A stretch of 64,000 nucleotides of DNA, from assembly GCA_002633005.1 (NCBI GenBank), contig NMRA01000555.1, positions 1 through 64,000 on the forward strand, given 5' to 3'. Shown here piece by piece: positions 1 through 13,057 of this stretch; positions within the stretch are counted from its first letter, which is position 1; every line of letters starts with the position of its first letter. Below the pieces are notes generated by a model. It was not told the DNA's origin, searched no databases, and worked only from the letters and a program-made list of their open reading frames with translations. The stretch is from Phoronis australis (taxonomy: Eukaryota > Animalia > Phoronida). Made by a program: the position numbers and the translations under genes.

Positions 1-33
1 GATTTGATTGTAACAAGGGCCGGAGGCCTAGTT

Positions 34-38
<5 letters not shown>

Positions 39-90
<52 letters not shown>

Positions 91-97
91 ATATATA
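39..97. repeat. (AT)n microsatellite
   Basis: Near-perfect AT dinucleotide run; explains the IYIY ORF at 4..213. Confidence 0.95.
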
Positions 98-909
98 GCT
101 CCGCACTAGCAGGTCTTGGAAAAAGTGAATCACCGAAACTCGTAAATTTTCGCCACTGTAAAATACTTCACGTTTGTTTGCTCCGGGTCACGTTTATATT
201 CATGGCTGAATAGACTGAGTGTAATTTGCATGTGACCTGACCCACATTTGAGTATGAAGTGTTGTGCGCTGACTCGATTTACTCACATTGTGGCAGTGCA
301 TATTTGGCGTCAGTGAGGAGAGCCAGGGAGCGGCAATATTGAAGTATTTTTCATGATATTTTCGTATTTGGTATTGCCGAATTTGCATTTTGTCTGTATC
401 TGTGAGGTTTGCTATGCATTTTGTTTTTTTATTTTTAGAACGGAAACAGAGAAGAACTGTGAGAATGTCAATGAGAAATGTTTCACGTCTCTCAATAACG
501 TACTCTTAAAAGATATTAACTCCTCTTGTGACTTGCCAACACTCACAGCTACATAATATCATTAAAACCATCTGTGCATTTTAGATATTAAGTTGCTTCC
601 CTTCACAACCTCCCGTATGCACTTTTACTCCATTCACCAGTCTCACCAAACTGTAAATTCAAAGCAGGTTTTGGAAATATTGTGAGTGAATGGTGCTTTA
701 TTTTTATGGTGAATAGCATAAGAGCCACATCTTACTTCTGAATTTTAAATCACAACCGATTTTGGCGTTGCGATAGTTAGCAAATACGTTACAGTCAAAC
801 ATTGTCTGAAATGCTTGATAGATTACATTAACTGACATGTCCACATAAACCAACTTAAAATAACTGGTTGGTGGATGCTGGTGTAATAAAAAGGCATAGC
901 ACTGTTTTG

Positions 910-1282
910 ACAGAAAACAATCATGCCTTCATTTTAAGGTCTAGTTTGATAGTCCAAATTTGCAATAGTTCGAAGGTCCGCGAGTTCGAATTTTCACCTG
1001 TACACATGCACCGTGTTTCACAAGGTCGAAGCCCTCAATGAAGAAATCACATTGGCGATACGTACAAAGGTTCTCATATCTGAAGGTCCGCATATGTGAG
1101 CTTCGATTTGTCCGCAGTCAGGTTAACAGGACACAAAACTTTCCAGGTTTGAAATCTTCGATCGGAGCCCCTTTTCACGAAAATCACTATATGAAGCCTA
1201 TTGTCATGAGGGGTTCAGCAGTATGCAGAGCATCAACAAAGTTTCTAATGAAAATGTTCGCACTTTGTCAGAGTAAATATTT
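910..1282. repeat. Segmental duplicate (paralog at ~25543-25906); 3' flank of the Thr-rich exon copy
   Basis: gacagaaaacaatc...actttgtcagagtaaatatt aligns by eye, with scattered substitutions, to 25543-25906. Confidence 0.85.
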
Positions 1283-1360
1283 TGCTGTTGGACGCGTAGA
1301 TTCAACTGCGGGAGAGGTTATGGTTAAGTTTACGGCTAAGATTTTGATCGATTGTGTCGT

Positions 1361-1834
1361 TCAGCCCTTTGCAACTGTTTTTGAGTCGGAGACAGAGTCA
1401 GTGGTAGAATTTGCCACCGTGCTTGGTGGCGCCGTAGTTGAGGTGTCGTTGAGTTTGTGGTCGATAATATTTCTTGACGCTGTAGTTGATGTCGTGGTTG
1501 AGGTTGTGTTTGGGATTGTAGTTACATTCGCTGCTGGGGTCGTGGATGGGATCGTGGTTGCATTCGTGGTTGAGGACGTGGTTGACGTCGTGGTTGACGT
1601 TAATTGTAGTTGAGATTGTGTTTGGGATTGTGGTTGGGACTGTGGTTGGGATTGTGGTTGATGTCGTGGTTGACGTCTTATTTGGGATTGAGGTTGGGAT
1701 TGTGGTTGGGATTGTGGTTGACGTGGTAGTTGAAGTCGTGGCTGGAACTGTGGTTGGCGGGGTAATTGTAGTCGTGGTCGTGGTCGTGGTCGTAGTTGTG
1801 ATCGTGGTCGTGGTCCTGGTCGTGGTCAAGGTAG
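1361..1834 (-). pseudogene. Thr-rich mucin-like exon copy with a frameshift
   Basis: Acceptor ttttag| at 1836-1835 is homologous to that of exon 32421-32885. The TTIPT repeats run to ~1600, then the Thr-rich frame shifts by one base (STTTSTTSSTTNATTIPS...SKTVAKG) to TGA at 1363-1361. Confidence 0.7.
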
Positions 1835-3070
1835 CTAAAATTGCATAAAACAATGCTGCAATGACTGAATTATGAGTCGCGAAGAACAAAACTCCTAATC
1901 AAAAATAAAAATCAACTTGAACTTTTCTTTTTATCACAACTTTAATTTTTGCCAAAAATCAGGTGTTTTGGAACAAGTTGTTTTGGAATAGAATTGTAAG
2001 AACCACATAAGGCTCTCTAATGCAGTTCTCTAAAAATCGTAACTACTGTGTGCACATAACGCAACATCTATATGCATAAGGTTAAACACCGATTCACATA
2101 TTCCAGACATGAAAATTAAAGGCAAAGTGTGCATTTCAAATCATGACTCATCAAAGAAAACCCAAAGAAAGATATGCTAACACGCTTTGCATTGCTGCCA
2201 AAATTAGGGGAACGGTACCGCCATAAGACAGTGGGAAATATGGCCAAACAAAATAGTCACTCCAAAATGTATTGTGCAAGAATACAACAGTGGAAGCTAC
2301 ACCGATTGATGTGAATTTTTTCACAACCATGTTATAAAAGGAAGATGTACAAACTAAGGTGACTGATCGTTTGCTGGCAAGATTCACACACGCGGTTTTT
2401 GCGCAGAACAAGTGAATTTGTTTTCGACAGTGTATTGGTAAAACACCGCGGCTTTCACCTGTACAAAATAAAAAATTAAGTTCAAAATATCACGGTTGCA
2501 TAGTGAATCCCGGGATTTTTTCAGGCTAAAAGGTTGCATTAAGAGAAGTGTTTAATACTATATGGTTACAGTAAATGGAAAATCGAAAAGAAATCTCACG
2601 ACGTGAGATACTTGATTACGAGTAATGGTATAAATTTCAATATCCTTTCATCCCAAAATAAAAATCTTAAGTGGACAAAAGCAAAATTAACAACTAAGTA
2701 GTTTTCAAAACCAAAAAATAATAGCCGTTTGTGTTTAGGCCCATACGCCCATACCTGAAACGTAATTTAATGCATAAGAGTCATATCAGTAGAAAACCCT
2801 TTACCAGTTCTTGATGGTGTCGGATTACTGAAGAAGGAAAAGACAAATGATTTAATTCATAAATTTATAAATAAGGTTTATTTTTGTTTAATTGTGAAAA
2901 CCAGGAGTGTTACGAAAATAAAAAAATAACAGGGTGTAATAGTAACATGAAAAGGAAAGGAACCACAGAGGTAGTGTAAATGACTAATTGAACCAACAGG
3001 AAAAAATTATAATGATTCAAAAGATTTCTACCCTAGCAAGACAAAAAATTTAGAAAATGGCTCCCTCACA
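1835..3070. repeat. Duplicated intron segment (paralog of 32886-34030)
   Basis: Colinear, highly similar sequence from attgcataaaacaatgct to tttagaaaatggctcc at both sites. Confidence 0.9.
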
Positions 3071-3121
3071 TAGGTGAGCAAATAAAAATACACCACTGTC
3101 TGCCTTCGTTTCTGTTATTAG

Positions 3122-3310
3122 GTGCAAGCGCTTGGAGCCGACCTCCGAGGATGCAGTGTACCGTATGTGTAAGAACTGCAAGCTATGCTCTCGTCACTTC
3201 AAGGAGTCCATGTTAAAGAATGCTTGTATAAAGATCAAGCTGGTATGGATTGCAGTGCCAACAATATTTGATATCCCGAACCCACCAAAAATGAAGATGT
3301 CAAAAAGTTT
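3122..3310 (+). pseudogene. THAP-domain fragment of a DNA transposon
   Basis: CKLCSRHF...KLVWIAVPTIFDIPNPP matches the C-terminal half of a THAP domain (CxxHF, AVPTIF). Preceded by a ttattag acceptor. Confidence 0.7.
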
Positions 3311-3704
3311 TCCTGAAATTATGTATATTACGGCTCTGGAATAGATATATTTGCATATTTCGTTATATTCTCACATAGCATTTTACTGGGACACAACGCG
3401 TAGAGAGGCTAATTGGTAAAAGCGTGTTTTTCAAATTTTTACTAAGGTTGATCAAACTGAATCATTTTATGAAAGGTTAGCCTGTGATTTTGTAGAGAGC
3501 CAAAGTGAAACTGATGGATCTTTCAGAGTCCGAAAGGATGGTTGAAATTTTGATCAAACCCAAGCTAAATTATTTGAAACAAACTATCAAACAGAATTTT
3601 ATTTAAAAACTAACATTTTTGGAGAAAAATCCCTATTTTCTCAATTTAGATGTGCACCCGTTGAAAGTGTTAACTTGACATTTTGGTATTTTTATCCCGC
3701 ATTT

Positions 3705-4115
3705 AGAAGCGTTTGTGTGAATTTTGTAGTGTCCTCATGCATACATGATGTAGGGGATGAAATGCATTTTCTCTGTTCTTGTGTTTTCGTCACTGATCTC
3801 AGAACAGCCTTATTTGAAGGTCATGTTGGTTTGTCCCACTATTGCTGAGCTAAGGATACATAATCAGTTTTCATCTTGATGACAAACTCTTCTGTCAGTA
3901 AATTAGTTTTCACATTTCTTTGACGAAAAAAGCTATTGTTTACTAGTGAATTAATAGAGAGTGAGAATGTTCGTCATATTTTCTTGCTGTCTTGTTATAT
4001 GTGTTGCCTATTTTGTACGTTTTTAGAGATTGTGATTGATAGAAGCACCTGTTGCGGCTAGGTAACGGATATGATCTCGTGCTCAGGCACTAATTTACTG
4101 TTATTGACTCTTATT
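3705..4115 (+). mobile_element. 3' fragment of a non-LTR retrotransposon (RTE-X-like C-terminal zinc finger)
   Basis: Frameshifted KRLCEFCS / DVGDEMHFLCSC...DLR resembles the RxCxxC..GDExHFLxxC motif. Confidence 0.5.
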
Positions 4116-5435
4116 GAAAAGAGAAACAGTAGGCATATGAAATTTAATTTTGGTCTTGTCATCCAAGTCTTCTTAGTTCAATTTGTATGAAGTTGTTTGA
4201 GTGGTGAGTATTGAGATTGCTGTTCAGTCCCCCTTAAAATATTTTGTCATGATATTTTGCAATTTTGACTAGTTAAGAATGGTGATATACTCAATGTTAA
4301 TGTGTTTTGTAAGTTGTGAGCTATTCTACTTCTTAGCAAGTGACTTGTATCTATAATGGATAGTGGAATAGTGGGGAGTTTACCCTGTACTGGCATGTCA
4401 CAAAGAAATAATTTTCTAAAATTATATGTGAGAGTGCATCAGAATGGATTACAATGTTGTGGCAGGGATGAATTGCCTTGCTTTCCTCCTTTTACTTGTG
4501 TAACACCCACCGCACAAAACAATTATCTGCTATGCTAAAAACCTGGTGCATTGAATATGGATCACATGCGAAATTGTTGGGTGGAGACGAAATCAGCAAT
4601 GAGCTGTAATGGCATCGGGGTGGGGGTATCTAATCACTATGAATAGATAATTGGTCTTTGAAGTTGCGCCAACTTCGTTTCAGGCAAGCGCAATTTTCAG
4701 TCTCAATTATACACAAAATTGTATCAGATACAAAAGCGTGGAAGTGTGGACTTATATCATAAAAACATTTAGTTTTTCGTCGAATCATGCGACCCATAAT
4801 TAAGTAACTCTAGAGTGTTCATGGAACCCCTGATCTAACAAAGTTAATTCGATAAATTTAATAAAAAGAAGTGCTACTGAGGTGACCTTGGCCGGAGTAG
4901 AAAAAGCCGGTGGGTTCATTTAGCTCAGGGAAGTAGTGGCAGTGAGTTTGTCGACAGCAGATCTCATCTGGCCGGGGAAGCAAAACTGATTATGGGTGAC
5001 TAACAGTAGCGAGCCGAGGTACGTTTGGTAATGCCCGGGGCGATTTCTTGCCCCCCCCCCTGTACTCGAATGCATGAACTCTATATTAGTAAGAAAACTA
5101 AAAAGATGAATCCTAAAGTAGAAAAAACCTGACCCAATCTCCATATTTGTGCTAATCAGTAAGTTAAATTGAATAAAGTTTCTATTCTGTTCACGAAAGT
5201 AATTGTGACACATTGATAATTGTGATGCTGTGGGGTATAGCTGTGCATCATATCTCGACGATAGACTTAAAAATACAAAACAACACTGACTGGGAGGCTG
5301 ACACTAAAATATGGGGACCTTTATAATGACTTTCCTTTTACCAGGAAGAGATAACTCTTCCTGGTATTTCTGACCTCCTCAAGACACTTTGTTGGTGCAG
5401 CCTGGTTAGCAGGCGTGCCTTCATAAACCTTTCAT

Positions 5436-5446
5436 TTTATTTTATT
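5436..5446 (-). promoter_or_regulatory. Candidate polyadenylation signals (overlapping AATAAA x2)
   Basis: The plus strand reads tttattttatt ~300 bp downstream of the stop codon at 5750. Confidence 0.4.
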
Positions 5447-5749
5447 ATGTTAATTAATCTTGTCAATCAACATGTACACAGATATCTGTATTTTACTTCA
5501 CCTAATTATCTCCGACTGGGCCAACTTGAAAATCAGTGTATTCACTGAAGTGGTCACCCAGCCTTTTAAAGAAGTTTCAATGAATAAATCAAGATTAAGC
5601 TTCTTGACCACCTTCTTTATCATTTCCTTCCGTTTCATTAGAGTGTTCGTTTTGCATTCATATCGCCATATTAAATCCTCCCTGGCTCCCCCCAGTAAAG
5701 TTGGGCTTGACCATCTCGCCCAAAATGTGTATAAAAATTTAGAAACTGG

Positions 5750-8025
5750 TCATTCTTCTTTCTTCTTCTTCTTCTTCTTATTCTCCTTTTTTGTGTCTTC
5801 ATCTTCCGTCTCATCTGTAACGCCATGTGTACTCTTTGCTGATTTATTAAGGAGACTGTCGTCCACTTGACCACCACTTTCACCAATTGCAGAACCTTTA
5901 TTCTGATCATTCCCGTCCTCTTTCTTTTTCTTTAAGGGTTTTTCTTCATACTGAGCGTTCTTCAGAGATTTAAAAGTTTGGGCACTATCTGTGCGACCAT
6001 CATTTGAAACATGTTGTTGACTACCTCCGCTTTTCTTTTTCTCCTGTGCAACCAAATCGCCCTGTGTGCTCGTGAAGGATTTGTCAGGTTCCGTGCCGCC
6101 AACACTGAGATCACTTTTTCTTTTCTTCTTTTTTTTCTTAGTGCTTTGGTCTTTTTCCTTAATTACAGGGTCCACGTTGCCATCAGCGACAACAGTACGA
6201 GAGCTTCGATTGTCGTCACTCTTTTCTTCATTCTTCTCTTTTTTCTTGGAGCGTTTTTGTTCCTTTACAATCTCGTCATCAGGTGTATTCTTAACCGATT
6301 CCCCTACTACAGGAACACCCGTGAAGCCATCATCTACGTTAGAGTAAATAGCATGCGTCTGATCACCCAGATCTTGTTTCTTCGTTATTACAGGGTGATA
6401 TGAAATCGCAACCTGATCAACACGAGAACTTCGATTCGCCTCAGTACTTTCTTTTTTCTTCTCCTTTTCCTTAGACCGCTTTTGTTCCTTTTCAACCTCG
6501 CCGCCAGGTGTTTTTTTCACCGAATCTCCAATTGCGGGAGCAGCCTTGGAGTCATCTTCCGCTGCAGAATGAATACTTTGCTTTTGATCACTCAGCTCTC
6601 CTTTCTTTTTCTTTTTCTTCTTCTTGGAAGGTTTGCCTTCCAGTTCAACCGAAACTCCATGTGTGCTCGTAAAGGACTTGTCAGCTTCCGTGCTGCCAAC
6701 ACCGAGATCACTCTTTGTTTTATTCTTCTTTTTTTTCCCACTGCTTTGGTCTTCTATCGTTATTACAGGGTCATTTGAAATCGATGCCTGATCAACATGA
6801 GAGTTTCGATTCGCGTCAGTATTTTCTTTTTTCCTCTCCTTTTTCTTAGACCGTTTTTGTTCCTTTTCAACCTCTCCGCCAGGTGTATTCTTCACCGAAT
6901 CTCCTGTTGCAGGAGCATCCTTGGAGTCATCGTCTGTACCGGAATGAGTAGTTTGCTTCTGATCACTTAGGTATCTTTTCTTTTTCTTCTTCTTGGAAGG
7001 TTTGCCTTCCAGAGCAACCGAATCTCCACGCGTGCTCGTGAAGGACTTGTCGGTCTGCTCAGCTTCTGTGCTGCCATGATCACTCTTTGCTTTCTTCTTT
7101 TTTTTCTTGGTGCTTTGGTCTTTTTCCATAATTGCAGGGTCTACGCGGCCATCAGCGACAACAATACCAGAGCTTCGATTGTCGTCACTCTTTTCTTCTT
7201 TCTTCTCTTTTTTCTTGGAGCGTTTTTGTTCCTTTACAATCTCGTCATCAGGTGTATTCTTAACCGATTCCCTGACTACGTGAACACCTGTGAAGCCATC
7301 ATCCAGATTAGCATTAATAGTACGCGTCTGATCAACCAGCTCTTGTTCCTTCTTTTTCTTTTTCTTGGAGGGTTTGCCTTCTTTTGTAACCGCATCGTCA
7401 ATTGCATTCCCCTCGGCATTTGCCGGTAGGTATTCGCCCTGATCGGAATCAAGCTTTTGATCACCCTTCTTCTTTTTCTTAGAGGGTTTGCTTTCCTTTG
7501 CAGTTACAAGCTTCTCCGTACTCGGATCAGTCCCTGCTCCGCTGATTCCTGATCGTTTCTTCTGCGTCGCTTGACCGTGATCCTCTGTACCTTCGACTGG
7601 TTGGCTCTCTAACCTAGTTCGTTTCACCTTTTTAGAAGCTATCACGTTTTCTATGTCCGCCTTTTCTGTTTCGGTTCGTTCTTCTTTAACCGCAGTGCTA
7701 TCTGGTTTAATAACGTCAATGCCATGTAACTTTTCGTCACCACTCCTTGTTTCTCGGTGTTTTTTTGTTTGCGGTGTTGGTAATACTGTATTTGTCACAT
7801 CTCGTGTCTGTGATTGCACTTCCGTTTTTGGAGAAACCTCTTTCTCTGTTAGAAACGCGTCGCCTTTTTTTTGCTTTTCCTGCACATCAGCATTGTGCAG
7901 TATTACCTGCTTCTTCTTTTTTCTTTGCTTCAAGTACCAAACTATGCCACAAGCGAACAACAGGAACAGCACACCCCCAACGGCCCCAGCGATAATGCCT
8001 GTTGTTGGTGATTCGGCCATTTTAT
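5750..8025 (-). CDS. Terminal exon: transmembrane helix plus long Lys/Glu/Asp/Ser-rich repetitive cytoplasmic tail
   Basis: Open 2.3-kb ORF with phase-1 acceptor ttttgggttgcag| at 8027-8026. Hydrophobic GIIAGAVGGVLFLLFACGIVWYL is followed by the KQRKKKK stop-transfer signal and ~120-aa internal repeats. Confidence 0.85.
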
Positions 8026-8487
8026 CTGCAACCCAAAACAGCACGTGTTTAAAACTTTGGTTGCAGACTTTGAGAAGTTTGATCGTGGTCATATTTACTT
8101 AACTAGTTTGCGTCCAAACACGCTACCACAGTAACAGACACATTTTAGCCGATCCCTACTGAAATTATTTGATTTTTTATGGCATTTTTAATTCTTCAGA
8201 CTGACCAGCTGTCTTTTTGTATAATGTGCAAGTTTTGTGCAAAAAATGTCAGGCCTGTGGAAGCTATGATATAATTTCCTCGAAAAAAATCACAATTAAT
8301 TAGAAATACGATACGATCGTGACTTTTCCATCTAGCTGTCACTGTAGTCAACATTACATGTTTCCCTGGTCACCAAGAACTCTAAAAATGAAATTTCGTA
8401 GCCTGATAATTAGAAGTTAAACATATCTTTAGAAGAATTGAGATCCTTAGCAAGAACGTATCTTAACCCTTGAACAGTAAACATGAT

Positions 8488-8799
8488 TCAATCCGTTAAC
8501 GAATTTGCACTGGAAGGGACTATTGAGAAAACGAATTTTTCATTCGTATGAAAGTGAATCTCAGCCATTGTGGGGGTTGAAATTGGGGGGAGCACTTTGG
8601 TTTCATTTCTGGTGTCTATGGTGGTGGTTATACTGCTGGGTGATGATGTGAAGTGTGTTTTTGAGCGCGTAGCTGACATCGTGGTTGAATCTTTAGTTGA
8701 CAGTGTCACTGGTTCTGTGTTTCGCTTGCATTGAATTCGGGATTGAGGTTGTGTTTGGGGACGTGTGGGAACTCTTGGTAGCACGTGCTGTAACTGTGA
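8488..8799 (-). pseudogene. Ser/Thr-rich stalk-like exon remnant
   Basis: Acceptor ttttttgccag| at 8801-8800. The phase-1 frame (TVTARATKSSHTSPNTTS) stops early, and the S/T-rich sequence continues in another frame. No clear donor. Confidence 0.45.
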
Positions 8800-9318
8800 C
8801 TGGCAAAAAACAAATGTGAAGAACGCTCATTCCTAACCACCCGGTAACTTTAGTCCACTACATTCGGAAACCGGCTTGTCTTCACGTGGGATTGGTTTAA
8901 TGTTCAACGAAGAGAAAAAAAAGCAAAATATCTATAGCATCGCATTACCGTTTCTTGAGAAAAATTAATCGACGAAACTCGTAAATTTTCGCCAAATAAT
9001 ACCGTTAAAAGACCCCATGTGTGCATTTTAGTTATTAATTTGCTTCCCTTCAAAAATCCCGTATGCATATCTACGCCATATCTGGAAATCCAGTTCACTG
9101 ACCAGATCTAACGTGCCGGTCCCGGGTGACAGCCAAGATGGTGTTTAAATAATCTCTGTTTCTACGAGTCACACGATAAAATGTCTGTGTAAGCTTAGCG
9201 TTAGACATTCACGATGACTCTCTCATTACTATAATACGGGGAAATGTTACGTCCGAGTACTTCTGATAGACAAGACTCCTATGGTGATTCGTCTACCGCC
9301 TGGAAAGGCGTGTGTAAT

Positions 9319-11518
9319 GGGGCTATTCGGAGAATTCACCTCGCGGTGTCGCTGCTGTACTAGTGGTGATTGAATTGCGCATGCGTGGCTGTCTGCATGT
9401 AAACAACTGGTAAAAGATGCAATTTTTATCAAAATACATCGTCGCGCTAAGCCTTATTACTGCTAATTTCCCTGGTGCAAGTCTTCGACAGGTGGCCAAA
9501 AATTCACAAAAGACCCAAGGTTACTATATTCGTGGACAATTGCGGTCAACAGGGTCAACTAACTGACAAAAAGTGTGTGGATGCTGAAGCCCCGTGTGTG
9601 CTCTATGACTATGCAGTTCCATTTGGAGACTACACAACATTACTTGGTAAGATTTTAGCAATCAGTTTCTATCAACATCGTTCGGTGATGTTATCCCCAC
9701 CAGTTACCCAGCTGAATAACAGTTTTATTGAGTGGAACTAAGTGTTTCTTTTTGGAAACTCACCCAATGCCGGTTAGGCTAGCAGCACATATTCCGGCAT
9801 ATTGTCCTGAGTGGGAGTGCTCCCAAAATAAGAGGTGTATTGTACGTGATGCACAGAAGTCAAGAGTGACTTTTTCACAACAGTTTCTCTTCAAAACTAT
9901 GCTGTTTCCAATGAAATTCTCTAGATTAGTGAGTTTCCTTATTTTAACGTGGACCCCACCCCCAGGACCACCAGCTCAGTTATTGACTTAACATGAATAA
10001 CCTTAATTCAGTAACACTGCATTGGAAAAAATTGACACCTAGAATGAATTTTACTTGTTGAGATCAGAAGCACATTTTAAGTGTCATGAAAAATACACAT
10101 TGTTAACCTGTTTCACATATTTTAATTCAGATATTAAATAAGACTTGGGTACAAAGGTTATTAGTTTCTACACATAAACATGAAGATGAAATGTCAAGTA
10201 TGTTCTGCCTTACAAAAGTAGTTTTGTCTTGTCTTTTCTTTTACAATTTGCTAATATTTCTATTCTGTTACAGGCAAGAAAAAACAACTGAAACCAACCG
10301 CCTGACCATCTGTTTCACCGTTGGACAAAGTGAAAAGTAATCCTTCAGCAATAACCTGAGAGAATTGAACGTAATTCAGAAATTCATATGATATGCCTGA
10401 TTATGGACTCCCTCGCAATGTTGTTTCTTTCTGTGCTTTTTCAGTTTGCCATTTGTTTTTAAATACACTGATAATTGTTTATTCTCGAATCTTGTGCATA
10501 GCAGATTCTTATCCACCTAGCTACAATTGAAAACATACAATAAGACAATCGATGTAGTCACTATATGTCATTTCCCCAAAATCTGTACCAAATTGAAAAG
10601 TTTTTACCAATAGTATAAAGCCTTTCTTCTGAAAGGAAAATTTAATGTCACTCAGCTTTTGGCTTTCATTTCACTGGGTTCTAGTTTCAATGGCCTATAG
10701 AAGCGCTTGTAAAAAAGGTCCAGTTTCAACACGTGGCTTTCTTTCATGTAACCTCATTCAGCCTCAATAACATCCACAATTAGACCCTTGAAGGTAAACA
10801 CAGCAGCATATCACTTGAATCGTTTTGAGCCCAAAATCAGACTCTGAACTAGACCAGAGTNATCTCCTCTGCACGGTACAAGCCTTCAAACCTAAAAACC
10901 AAAGGTTACGTGAAAACTGACGTGATAGATTTCCATTTCAACGTGTAATAGATTTCCAGAAGACATATGATAGGGAGTAAACAAATAGTCTAATGCAATG
11001 GATATTTATCACTCACGTACCCTCTGCCATTGGGATTGGATTGTAATCTTCATTAACCTGTATCGAGTTGACAGCATAAACATTCAGCATTGATTGATGT
11101 AACTGTCACTGATAAACTTTTAGAAATCATTCCAAACAATAATAATGCTTTGATGTACGAAAAGATCCCGATTGCTCCGTCAAGTATCGTATCACATATA
11201 TCACAACGTACAAAGATTAACCAGACTCTGGCTGGCGACCGACTGCCGCGAAGTCGACATCGGCGAGTGCCTCAGTTAACAGGCATCGGTAGAATAATCA
11301 TGGAATAATCGTTAAAATAATCACAAACCTTACCTTTGCACGAGGTCGTGCTTACTTCCTCTCATAGAAGCACTCTTTTTACGCAATCTCAGAATCAGTT
11401 GGCACGGCTGCAAGCCATTTCACCATGTATTTAAAGGGCTCGCGAAATCGAGGCTGTTAATCTATCACCACTAGTACACGCACGCCCTCTAGTTATTGTA
11501 GATTTTCCGAATAGCCCC
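9319..11518. mobile_element. Non-autonomous TIR DNA transposon, probably ISL2EU/PHIS group
   Basis: TIRs GGGGCTATTCGGAgAAT / ATTtTCCGAATAGCCCC, AT dinucleotide on both flanks, subterminal IR tactagtggtgat / atcaccactagta. SAP-like remnant (LRKKSASMRGSKHDLVQR|gtaag) on minus at 11334-11426. Confidence 0.7.
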
Positions 11519-12069
11519 ATTCAAAGTGCGCATGCACTCATTAGAGAACAAGTCGATCTACAGTAGTCTTCTCACTGTAACACTGAGACTGGCTCCTGCA
11601 CTGGAGAAGTGGGATGGTGCTTTTGTTTTTTTTCCTAAAACCAGTTTTCCGCGTCAAGCCAAATGCACATGTCGTTTGTTTGCGTGCAGCCTGCTGTGCC
11701 TTGCTTGTCTAGTCTCCTGTTGGTTTATGCGTTGTGAAGGTGGATTAGCTGCGTGACTCTTTCACACATGGATATGATCATGATCGCAGTCCTCAAATCC
11801 TTGTGACAGGTAGCCATGTTCATGTATATTGACTAGTATTTTGGAATACTGGTGCTGTTCCTTTTTTCATTTAATTTCTGTAATCGCTTTAGATCATCTC
11901 CGAAATGTATATATTTTGGCATGTACTTGCACACTAGGGAACTGCACAGTTATTTGATTCTACAAACACGCCTACCATGAGTATGATGGGACAGGTGACC
12001 ACGTGTTAAATACTGGTGATGTACTCGTCAATCACAGAGGGCCTAAGCTAATAATCTACATAATTTATT

Positions 12070-12990
12070 TGATACTAGTGATGAACAAAAATCCCTTCCA
12101 TGTTAACAAAAATCATAGCCTCAAGGATTAAACCATCAGAATTAATAACATCCTACAAGATGTTTTGAATGGCTAAATACCAATAAATAATCTCTCAATA
12201 CAAGTAAAACTAAATGTACGCTATTGGGATTTCCCCAAAAAAATTCAGCGAAGGTGACATCCCTCTAATCAAAATTCACAAGGAACTTATTAACAGAATT
12301 GGAAATTTTAAATTTTTAGGGATTTCCGTAGACAGTCATCTTTCCTGGAACAAACGTGTTCAGGAAATTTTTAACAAAATTACCAAAACTGTGGACGTCC
12401 TCTCCATACAGAAACACTATTTTCCCTAACACACACTCCTGATGATATACAATGCTCTTATACTATCACATATATGTTTCGGTATAACACTTGGGGGGTT
12501 CAATAATTATAAGAGATTGAAACTTATGCAGCAAAAACCTTTGAGAAATGTTACCAATTCTTCACTTTTTTACACATAAAACCAAATTATAGGGAAATCA
12601 AGACACTTGTTCTTGCCGACATATTTAACCAATCTCGTCTAAAATTCTTTTACAAATTCAAATATAATCAATTGCCTACATGTATTTACTTTTATTATGA
12701 TAACAATTTTCCAATTCCATCAGTCACCAAGAAATCTTCCCAGAATATGCAGTCAACAACCCATCCTAAAAGTGCTCTCCTACAACAGAAAAAGCTGTGA
12801 AAATTCATTAATGGTCAAAATACCAAATCTAATGAACAATTGTACATCCTTCCGAGATATGTAACAGGCACATTCGACCCGCATAGTTTACATGGGTTCT
12901 CTATCTTCTGGTATTTAAAAAATACATATTAAGCACTTACAGCTCTCAGTGTAACGTTCTACATTGTGATGCATGTTCTAATTGAATTAA
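12070..12990 (+). mobile_element. L2/CR1-group LINE 3' fragment
   Basis: FKFLGISVDSHLSWNK... thumb-region motif, followed by degenerate post-RT coding sequence. Confidence 0.7.
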
Positions 12991-13057
12991 TCGTGATCAC
13001 CTACGGTCTCCCTTGTATCAATAGTCTCTGTGTTTTATTCTTAGTAAAAGATATTAA

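Noticed and set aside
1038-1848. Val-rich plus-strand ORFs (also 32246..32899)
   Set aside because: Antisense shadows of the Thr-rich minus-strand exons.
2805-2827. Possible 23-bp micro-exon (cag|TAATCCGACACCATCAAGAACTG|gtaaag)
   Set aside because: The acceptor is not conserved in the paralog near 33860 and the phase does not fit the phase-1 chain.
8026-8092. N-terminus of the 780-aa ORF as a standalone gene
   Set aside because: Lies upstream of a clear splice acceptor and has no signal peptide; read as intron.
6011-8102. Phe/Leu-rich plus-strand ORFs
   Set aside because: Antisense shadows of the Lys-rich exon.
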